Shown here piece after piece: positions 56,304-64,000 of a stretch of DNA of 64,000 bases. The stretch is from a virus (Duplodnaviria > Caudoviricetes). Under the pieces are notes generated by a model, which made no database searches, was not told the DNA's origin, and saw only the letters and a program-made list of their open reading frames with translations. The position numbers and the translations under genes were made by a program. Numbering within the stretch: the stretch's first letter is position 1; each line of letters starts with the position of its first letter. The stretch is taken from IMG/VR virus record IMGVR_UViG_3300021431_000084; one strand, 5' to 3'.

Positions 56304-56612
56304 TCAAATCATCTCCCATACATATTTATACAAAAAATTATCTACATCTTCCTTTGTCACTGGTAAACCTGTGAAGGCATTAATTCCCGGAGCACCTACC
56401 GTACCTTCAACATCATATTCATCAATCAGATTTTTAATAAGATCAGCTACAAAAGGTTTCTTCTCATTAGCAAGAGCTCTATCATAACTTACATTTCTAC
56501 CATTAACATAGTGATCTTTAAAAAGAACCTTTTTTGTATCTGTATCTTCAATCTTAACCTTGAAACTATCTGCCTTTTTACCCAAACTTACAGTCCATGT
56601 CAATAATCTCAT
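56304..56612 (-). CDS. Hypothetical protein
   Basis: First ORF after a promoter. Confidence 0.6.
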   Translation of the reverse strand: MRLLTWTVSLGKKADSFKVKIEDTDTKKVLFKDHYVNGRNVSYDRALANEKKPFVADLIKNLIDEYDVEGTVGAPGINAFTGLPVTKEDVDNFLYKYVWEMI

Positions 56613-56735
56613 ATTAAAATCACCTTCTTTATCTTTTCTATGTATATTATAACATAAAATGCGGCCTTTGTCAATGAGGATTTTTTATACTAGAACAGGG
56701 GATCACATGGACCCCCTGCCGCACTTTTTCTTATT

Positions 56736-57212
56736 CTACTTTTGGTCAGTTATATCCTTAATAGTAGGATTTTCTCCAACTTCGATACCACAGTAGAGAT
56801 AAGTATCCTTACAATACTTGTCATCATATGCAATAGCGTCAAGGATTTCTTCCAAAGAACATACATAGCTACGTGCCTGCTTGAATTCGTTACGCTGTTC
56901 AACATAATCTTCAATATCGGAGTAAACCTCGTCAATAGCGACCATCTTATCTTCAACAGAATTATTACACTCTGTAATCAACTTGATTTTCTGCTCAAGT
57001 CCTACGATTTTATCGTTATACACTTCAATGCGATTGTCGATCTTTTCTATGAGATACATCAAGTCTTTTACAGTTATTGCGGCGATCTTCTCATAGGGAG
57101 CATTAAAATACTTCTCGAAGAAGTCATAAATTGCATTGCATCTGGAAAATACTCCAATAGGAAGAAATTCATTGGAATTAGACCTTATAAAAAACTGAAT
57201 ATACTGTGACAT
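56736..57212 (-). CDS. Coiled-coil hypothetical
   Basis: AGGAGG RBS, heptad pattern. Confidence 0.65.
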   Translation of the reverse strand: MSQYIQFFIRSNSNEFLPIGVFSRCNAIYDFFEKYFNAPYEKIAAITVKDLMYLIEKIDNRIEVYNDKIVGLEQKIKLITECNNSVEDKMVAIDEVYSDIEDYVEQRNEFKQARSYVCSLEEILDAIAYDDKYCKDTYLYCGIEVGENPTIKDITDQK

Positions 57213-57239
57213 ATTTACCTCCTTAAGAGCCGCAGACTC

Positions 57240-57737
57240 TTACCAATTCTGCTTAACCTTCAGACCCCAAGTACCGCACTTCTTACAACCGCAGCGTTCA
57301 GGTTCTCTGACTGTCTTACACATTCTACTATAACCCCCGATGACACCACAATTAGGACAAATGATGTCGTACTTATTCTTAACCTCGGTGTGTCTTTCAA
57401 CTTCACCTGAAGCCTTGGTAAGGGAACAACCCAACCGGCCGCACATTCTCTTGAAAACCGCGTCATGTCCATGAGATTTTTTTGTAAGTTCTGTTACGAT
57501 TGCATGAGCAGCCTCGTGAAGGATTACCTCATGGATAGAGTCGTCAGTAGCAGTTTCAATGAGCTGCTTGGAAAACTCGGCTCTTTCGGGGATAAGGTCA
57601 TTACCCTTCCAGTCGCTTATAACTCTTGCGTGAGTACGAGTAAGTCTGCCATTAAGAGAAACAGGAATTTCTCTTGTCATCCCACCTTTGCGGCAAGCCT
57701 CATAAAACTCATTCTTAATTCTATCAATATCATACAT
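57240..57737 (-). CDS. SprT-like zinc metalloprotease
   Basis: HEAAH...HGH...F, CPNC and C.KC. Confidence 0.85.
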   Translation of the reverse strand: MYDIDRIKNEFYEACRKGGMTREIPVSLNGRLTRTHARVISDWKGNDLIPERAEFSKQLIETATDDSIHEVILHEAAHAIVTELTKKSHGHDAVFKRMCGRLGCSLTKASGEVERHTEVKNKYDIICPNCGVIGGYSRMCKTVREPERCGCKKCGTWGLKVKQNW

Positions 57738-57849
57738 ACTTAAATTTACCTCTTTTATTTTTCTTACATATATATTATACCATAAATTTAAGCTGCCGTC
57801 AATATAGATTTTTTATAAACAATGATAGGGAGGTTTGCAACCCTCCCTA

Positions 57850-58258
57850 TCCGAGCAATATTGGTTTACCAGACCTGCATTTATGAACATATATTGCTAA
57901 ATGCCCATCGACCTCCTTTTACCCACAGTCGACGCGGGGCAAATCGTTTCACCGTTGCTAAGCGTGTGATCTTCAGTAACCCTCTCGTCACATGGAGCGG
58001 GACCTCTTTTGGTATTAGGTTAGGCAGACCTAAATAGGTTTTTTCCCGTTTCCGCGGATGGACGAACCTATAAGAACCGAGTGGGAAGGGAGTTTTATGG
58101 ATAACTCCCAACAGAAACCTCAAGTTTATTTTAGCCTCTCTAACCTACTTGTAAAGATCGAGGGTTCCATCGCATTTGTAAAGGTTTAGCGTCCACGAGC
58201 CTTGGGATGTGCGGATTAGGATCGACGGGTCGGTCTATGTGGGGGCCGCCACCCAATT
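57850..58258. ncRNA. Candidate ~400-nt structured non-coding RNA
   Basis: GC-elevated, no credible ORF, many local hairpins, bounded by two GATAGGG..CCCTATC hairpins. Confidence 0.45.
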
Positions 58259-58277
58259 TGATAGGGCGTAAGCCCTA

Positions 58278-58634
58278 TCAAACCCTAGTAAACAGAGTCT
58301 TTCTGTCCTTACCAGTAGTCTTAGTCTTCTCAATACCCTCGATAGTACGGATCAGACCAGAGAGCTTCTGAGTGGAGAAAGTCTCTCCGATGAGCTCGTT
58401 GATGTCAGCAAGAGTGTAAGCCTTGCCGGGCTCCATAGCCTCGTAAATCTTAGTACGGAGTGCATCGTTTGCAACCTGCTCCTTAGAAGGCTTACGCTCA
58501 CCAGATGCTCTACGCTCAAGGGAAGCCTTGAGAGCCTCAAGCTTTGCGATCTCGTCAGGGGAGAAACCCTCAACGCCCTTAAGGGACTCGATACCAGAAG
58601 TAAGTGCAGAAATGTAAGTAATCTTCTCAGCCAT
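58278..58634 (-). CDS. Winged-helix DNA-binding protein, family copy 2
   Basis: MAEKIT...N..LR..I...MEPGK.Y...D...S.QK.S.L, shared with 63344. Confidence 0.7.
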   Translation of the reverse strand: MAEKITYISALTSGIESLKGVEGFSPDEIAKLEALKASLERRASGERKPSKEQVANDALRTKIYEAMEPGKAYTLADINELIGETFSTQKLSGLIRTIEGIEKTKTTGKDRKTLFTRV

Positions 58635-58923
58635 AATTTTCACCTCATTTTTTTCTTTCTTTTTTATTTTTCTTACATCTATATTATACCACAAATTTTT
58701 AAGTTTGTAAAGTATAATTTTTTGAACCTCTTTGTAAGATTTCCAACTTTGGAATTAGGGTTCTTACTAACGCCTTCTCGAACTTGTACTTAACCAACTT
58801 GATAGGAACGCATTCCTCTAACGACAAGTAGGTTTTCAGAACCTTTATTTTCTTCTTTCTTTATCTTACATATATATTATATCATAAATTTGGCTTTTTG
58901 TAAAGACAAATTTTTTGAACTGC

Positions 58924-59175
58924 TTAATCCTCTTCCTCTACGAAGATAGCAACATGCTCCTTGATTCCATCCTTGAGGGTATAACCACAAGCTTCATAAC
59001 GAAGCTCAAAATAAGTTCCTTCTTCGCCTTTAATAAGTTCGTGGTTAGCAAGATACATAGGAGCATCTTCAATAAATCCCTCAAAGAGAGGAGAATTTTC
59101 ATCATCTCCCCATATTCTTACCCAAGTACCAAGAGGGAGAAAGTCGAGTACATTTATTAACTTCATATTTATCAT
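58924..59175 (-). CDS. Small paralog family member
   Basis: MKL..VL...FEGF..DAP.Y. Confidence 0.55.
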   Translation of the reverse strand: MINMKLINVLDFLPLGTWVRIWGDDENSPLFEGFIEDAPMYLANHELIKGEEGTYFELRYEACGYTLKDGIKEHVAIFVEEED

Positions 59176-59704
59176 TACCTTTCTTATCTTTCTTACATAT
59201 ATATTATATCATAAAAATAAGTATTTGTAAAGTTAGATTTTCCAGTCTACTTTTCTTCTCTCGGTTCCCAATCGGTATTTGATTTTCCAAAATAGGTGCA
59301 ATGTTTGTTAATATCACAAAAGAACCTATAAACAGGATAATTTTCCATTCCATATTCCTTTAGTTTTACACGCTTGCTGCAAGAGTGCTTGCAAGTCGCA
59401 CAACATTTTAACGGTTTTCCATTTTTATATATATACATATTTAATTCTCTTTTCTTATCTTTTCTATATATATTATATCATAAATTTAGGTTATTGTAAA
59501 GTTAGATTTTTCAATCTACTTGACATTTGCGGGAGCCCGTCCATGCAGATCCGCAGGAGCAACCGCCGCAAGGTTTTTCTAAATCCACTTTTGGTTTTGT
59601 GAGACGAGTGATGCATGTGCCAGCGGGGCGAGCCTCACAAGGTTTGAAATCTTAAAAAATTATGTTATAATAAATATAGGTAATTTTATAGGAGGAAAAT
59701 ATAG

Positions 59705-60064
59705 ATGCCTTTAGATGAATTAATAGTTTATGTTAGAAACAATTTTGACAAAATACCATATACAAGAGATATTCTTAAGAGAGTTGATTTGCTTTTGGAT
59801 AGTGCTGAGAAAATGAGGGAGAGTTTTGTTCAGATACCGGAAAAGTTTAATGCACTCTTGGGAGTTAAAAATGTTGGTTTTGTTTTGACAGAGTATGTAG
59901 GGTTTATTCAAGATAGACGGAGAACAATAATTTCAAGAGACGGAGATATCAGTTTATTAGAGGGAGATGATGTAACTGATATCGAAGCTACTTATTTTTA
60001 CAACAAGTATCCGTTCTTTGAGCAGGACTTTTACAATTGGTTTTTTGAGGAGTTTGGTAATTGA
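59705..60064 (+). CDS. Hypothetical protein (first plus-strand gene)
   Basis: TTGAAA..TGTTATAAT promoter at 59644-59671 and AGGAGG RBS. Confidence 0.65.
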   Translation: MPLDELIVYVRNNFDKIPYTRDILKRVDLLLDSAEKMRESFVQIPEKFNALLGVKNVGFVLTEYVGFIQDRRRTIISRDGDISLLEGDDVTDIEATYFYNKYPFFEQDFYNWFFEEFGN

Positions 60065-60267
60065 TGGAAGAAGATTTTGATATGTTCGTGCCTCAAACTG
60101 AGGTTGCAATTATATGTGCGCTATGTGATGAGGTAATAAAATCAGTTAGTTTTGATGAGTTTTGTTGCAAATATTCCAGCAACCCGTTCATTGTGTGTCC
60201 CAGCTGCAAGGCCGCATGGAAAGCAGTCAAAAAAGAAAAGTCGGCTCGGGAAGAAAAGAAGGAGTAA
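60061..60267 (+). CDS. Small Zn-finger protein
   Basis: CALC and CPSC; GAGGAG RBS. Confidence 0.55.
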   Translation: MMEEDFDMFVPQTEVAIICALCDEVIKSVSFDEFCCKYSSNPFIVCPSCKAAWKAVKKEKSAREEKKE

Positions 60268-60286
60268 GGAGAAAAATCTCGGAACC

Positions 60287-60488
60287 GTGTTAAAAAAATA
60301 GTAATGTTATATAGGTGTTAAAAAAGTAGTAATGTTGTAATGGTGTTAAAAAAATGTGTTAAAAAAGTAGTACAGAAGTGTTAAAAAACTAGTAATGTTG
60401 TATTAAAATAAGGGTGTTAAAAAACTAGTAATGTTTGTATTATGTGTTAAAAAAGTAGTAATATTGATGTTAAAAAAGTAGTAATGTT
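60287..60488 (+). repeat. Iteron-like direct repeats (8 copies, 2 partial)
   Basis: GTGTTAAAAAA(G/C)TAGTAATGTT at about 60287, 60315, 60343, 60356, 60378, 60414, 60444 and 60467. Confidence 0.9.
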
Positions 60489-60504
60489 GAAAGGAGGTAT
60501 TATT

Positions 60505-61068
60505 TTGGGAAGAAAAAGACAGATACCTAAGATAAAAGATATATGTGCTAATAGGGGATATAATGACTTGGTTTATGGTTATCTTCAGACTATCTCTGAT
60601 AATAATGGTAGGATTAAGAAGCTTGATATGAACTTTAGAGAAATAGGAGAGAAGGTTGGTTTAACAAGACAAACTGTTGGAACGAGAGTAAAAAATCTTT
60701 TGGAAATGGAATTACTTTTTTTAGATGCAGAGAGTGGAGATTATGAATTAACTTTATTAGAGCCTTATGTAGCAGCATTAATACCGGAAGAAACTATTAG
60801 GGTATTGGTAAATACTATGAATGAGCGTAGTATATCAGTTTATGTTTATTTGTTTATTCGCTATTATGCGGCGAAAAAACCATTTTTTATTACATATGCA
60901 GAGTTGAAAGAGTTTGTTGGATTATCATCTAGAACTAGATCGAATGATACTGTCATTCAGGATATATTAACAGTTTTGCAAAAATTGGGGTTGATTGACT
61001 ATGAGTTTGTAAACATGGGATATAAGTCAAAATATCAAATAAATAAGGTTAATTTGACCTTCAATTAA
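60505..61068 (+). CDS. Tandem winged-helix protein, putative replication initiator
   Basis: FREIGEKVGLTRQTV.....L...L and ITY.EL...VGL...IL..L..LGLI; TTG start after AAGGAGG; bracketed by repeats. Confidence 0.6.
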   Translation: MGRKRQIPKIKDICANRGYNDLVYGYLQTISDNNGRIKKLDMNFREIGEKVGLTRQTVGTRVKNLLEMELLFLDAESGDYELTLLEPYVAALIPEETIRVLVNTMNERSISVYVYLFIRYYAAKKPFFITYAELKEFVGLSSRTRSNDTVIQDILTVLQKLGLIDYEFVNMGYKSKYQINKVNLTFN

Positions 61069-61132
61069 GCGTTAAAAAACTAGTAATGTTGTGTTAAAAA
61101 ACTAGTAATGTTGGTGTTAAAAAAGTAGTAAC
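61069..61132 (+). repeat. Iteron-like direct repeats (3 copies)
   Basis: Same 22-mer at about 61069, 61091 and 61114. Confidence 0.9.
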
Positions 61133-61240
61133 CATATAAATATAATAGGGGGGTAAACCCCCTCGAGCACTGCTCGACCCCCAGTCGAAGTTTATAACTC
61201 GCTTCGCTCGTTATAAACTTCTCCTACGGGGGAGACTCGT

Positions 61241-61501
61241 TTGAAAGGAGGACGTAGACCAGTGGAAGAGATAGAAAGTAGGTATGTTGAGATAGAGTTA
61301 AGTTGTGAGGATAGGGAAATTCTATATAGAGTGATAACCTATTATAAGGATGGTAGAGTAGATCAGGAAATGAGAAAGTTGGGGGAGGGTTTTGATTTGG
61401 AAGCTTTATTCCAAGTTTTAGGGGGTAGCAGTTTGAGAGATGGAATTACTTTATTAATAGGGGATAAAGTAAAAAAGATTTTGGAAGGGAAAGAACATTA
61501 G
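61241..61501 (+). CDS. Hypothetical protein
   Basis: AAGGAGG RBS before a GTG at 61262 (likely true start). Confidence 0.5.
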   Translation: MKGGRRPVEEIESRYVEIELSCEDREILYRVITYYKDGRVDQEMRKLGEGFDLEALFQVLGGSSLRDGITLLIGDKVKKILEGKEH

Positions 61502-61864
61502 TATTAAGGAAGGAGAAGAAAACTGAGGATTCCGTTAGGAAGCCTCAGAGGAACAGTTTGGAAAATGAAACGAAAATTGATAGCTGAATTGGATAGTGAT
61601 TTGAAGTTAAAGTAGAAACAAATAGAGAAGAAGAAATTAGATTGGTTTGGGAGAAAATGAAATAGAAGCGTTTTTTAATGCAGTAGTACAAAGTTGTTTG
61701 GGGTGGTAATAGATGATGAGTTGGAAGAAAAATATGGATATAGACTGAGATAAAGTATAGTGAGATATAGTATAGAATGGTGTATGTTGCCAGGGCGACA
61801 CGCCCATGCGATATGCTCCTTCTAACCGCAAAGACGATTTCGGACATAAAAAAAGGACTCTTAT

Positions 61865-62215
61865 TCAGAGTCCAAAGAAATATCCACTATCCATCAATTT
61901 ATCTATAATCTTGGCTACACCCCGGGCCGCACTCTCAGTCATTGGTTCTGTTTTACCCAACTCACTTCCATACCACTTACGTTCCCACTTATCAAAATCC
62001 ATGATGAGTTGTACCAATTCATCTTCTCTATCTGTGGATTTCTTCTGCGCCGCAGCTCGTCTCTTCTCTGCTTCTGCCTCAGCTGCTTTCTTCCGATTAG
62101 CGGCGTCCGCAATCTTATCTAATATTACTTCTGCATCCTCTTGGTCCTGTCGCATAAGTAAATCAAACATTCTATCATACCAATCATCATTTAATCTTCC
62201 CATAGTGTAATTCAC
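61865..62215 (-). CDS. Hypothetical protein
   Basis: Coiled Ala/Glu-rich ORF, GAGG RBS. Confidence 0.6.
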   Translation of the reverse strand: MNYTMGRLNDDWYDRMFDLLMRQDQEDAEVILDKIADAANRKKAAEAEAEKRRAAAQKKSTDREDELVQLIMDFDKWERKWYGSELGKTEPMTESAARGVAKIIDKLMDSGYFFGL

Positions 62216-63343
62216 CTCTTTTTATTGTTATACTTATATTATAACAAAATATTTTTTAATTTCCAAATAAGTTTGCTCGAAAATTTGAGAACTACGGAAA
62301 GTCGTAGACTTAAAAACGGTCAATTGCTCATTGGGTATATAGAAGGTTATGTTTCTGAGAAAATTTTCAATACTGGAGCGCGAATCGAATGGAAAGAGTA
62401 TGAGCAAAATTTCGACCTTCTCGGAGATATATAAAAAGTGCGGCGACCCGTCCAAAAAATCTTCCTTGACAAGACCGCAAAAATGTGATAATATTTATAT
62501 TTATATTTCCCCTTTTATTATATCATATTTTTGAAGCTTTGTCAAGTAAGATTTTTTCTTCTTACTCTTGGTTTTATTTTGGGGCTTGTTAAAGCCCCAA
62601 TTTTCCAAAATTTACTTATCTTCTTTTGGTTTCCTTGCAACTTTTCATACGACTACTTTTTCTTTCACTGCAGCTCACTCTAGCTCTCTGATGAAATGGA
62701 AAAATGGAAGGCCTGTGCGGCCTTTTTATAATGCGGTTTTCCTGTTGGCGGGATCTGAAGGACCCGGTCAACAAATCTCTCTTGACAAGGAAGGAAAAAT
62801 GTGATATAATATATAGGGGGAAGTTTTTTGCTCACGAGAGAAACCGGGATTAAATAAAAAAAGGTTTTTTTATATATTGGTTTTCACGATCAATAAATTA
62901 ATGTGTGGTGTCCAAAGAATTTTTTGGGCCTGTAGAAAAAATCTACCTTGACACCGCCTTGTCAATAGGGATTTTTCGGACTAGGGAATCAAGGGCGAGC
63001 GTAGCAAGCCCATATGTAAATTTTGTGCGTGTTGCGGGCGTGGAAAGTTTTGGAGACGATTTCGGGATTTGGGAGGTGTGAGTCACGTGTGAGCATATGC
63101 TCGGCCATATGTGCTGAGGGGTCGCGTTGGTGGGAAACGGGCCAGACTCGCTCGCTCACGGCCCGTCGAGCAAGCCTTGTCAATAGGCATTTTGCACAAA
63201 ATTTTTATGAAGTTTTTATGCATACCACACAAATCCCCCAAATGTCAAGTAGCAGATTGCACAAATTTCGATCATTATTTTTGTGTACTAAAAAAAGGAC
63301 TATCCGAAGATAGTCCCAATTTTAGGTCAGTTAGGGCTTGACA

Positions 63344-63706
63344 TCAAGCCTCAACCTTGCGGAACCAAGCAACACGCTTGACCTCAACACGCTCAACCAA
63401 GCCATCACGCTTGAGTGGAGTCAGCAAGGCGGAAACCTTGTGGCTTGAAGCCGCCTCAAGACCGGGCACAACGGCGATAAGGTCGTTAATGCGGTAGAGC
63501 TTGCCGGGCTCCATAGTTGCGAGGATAGCCTCACGCAACTTCGCGTTTTCCTTGACCTCAGCCGATACCGCACGGGGTGCGTTAGCCTTCTTTTCAAGGG
63601 ACTTGATAAGGCTTTCAACCTTGTCCTTAACGTCAGTAGGCAACTGCTCGCCGTATGTAGCGATAACAAACTCAAGTGCGGACTTCTGTGTAATCTTTTC
63701 AGCCAT
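63344..63706 (-). CDS. Winged-helix DNA-binding protein, family copy 3
   Basis: MAEKIT...MEPGKLY..KVSALL..L...GLVER. Confidence 0.7.
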   Translation of the reverse strand: MAEKITQKSALEFVIATYGEQLPTDVKDKVESLIKSLEKKANAPRAVSAEVKENAKLREAILATMEPGKLYRINDLIAVVPGLEAASSHKVSALLTPLKRDGLVERVEVKRVAWFRKVEA

Positions 63707-64000
63707 AAAAATCACCTCATAAAATTAATATTTGTAATGGACTTGTACTTGTCAGTGTAGTCAAACTGTTCTTACTTGATAGGTCGCAACCTCTAAAGAC
63801 CGCTTAACTTTCCTTATCCTTTTTACACTTATATTATACATCTAAAATCTTGTTTTGTCAACAAGAATTTTATTGTCAAGTTTCAAGTGTCTATTTGGTT
63901 TGGTGTCCCTCGCCTTTCGACATTATTATTATAACATACTCATAACTAATTGCAATCCTTATTTTTTTGTGTAAAAAGTACAAAAAAACAAGAATTTTGT

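Noticed and set aside
1264-57743. Plus-strand ORFs antisense to long genes (e.g. 1617, 39668, 52743, 56742)
   Set aside because: Antisense shadows of well-supported minus-strand genes.
60287-61132. CRISPR array
   Set aside because: Gaps between repeats are only about 0-14 nt and irregular, the repeats are not palindromic, and there are no cas genes. Iterons fit better.

Overview
This is a segment of a large, AT-rich tailed phage genome, probably infecting a low-GC Bacillota/Clostridia-type host (strong AGGAGG RBSs, extended -10 sigma-A promoters). Nearly all genes lie on the minus strand. From left to right: NAD-dependent DNA ligase (partial), GyrA/GyrB-type topoisomerase II, endolysin and PhoH; a first tail/baseplate module (10.2-15.6 kb); small early/middle ORFs; a second tail module of modular adhesin-like proteins with YadA-type SHAEG repeats (21.8-32.8 kb); a tRNA region (33.8-44.9 kb); a sigma-70 factor, an M20/M28 peptidase module and many small promoter-driven ORFs; and a plus-strand island with a tandem winged-helix protein bracketed by 11 iteron-like repeats (probable origin). 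I read 32 canonical tRNA genes covering all 20 amino acids (31 in the cluster, one at 19.5 kb). The cluster also holds two HNH genes, a YkuK RNase H-like gene, a phosphatase and a DUF2828 (TROVE/Ro60-like + vWA) gene. The most interesting signal is in the tRNA spacers. At least five ncRNAs share a covarying RTGAC..GTCAT terminal helix followed by a CNGCAAA motif but carry different tRNA-derived cargo. One is a circularly permuted tRNA (T-arm, acceptor+CCA, D-arm) with YrlA-type Y-RNA architecture, and the same ACAGCAA motif is inserted into a tRNA-Pro. Together with the Ro60-like protein this suggests a phage-encoded Ro/Y-like RNP system with its own binding motif. Also visible are a second family of anticodon-less tRNA mimics, a candidate phage-specific late promoter (TTGGNCRR-N25-TTT[C/T]A) and several large structured non-coding regions. 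All calls were made by eye; no searches or folding programs were run.
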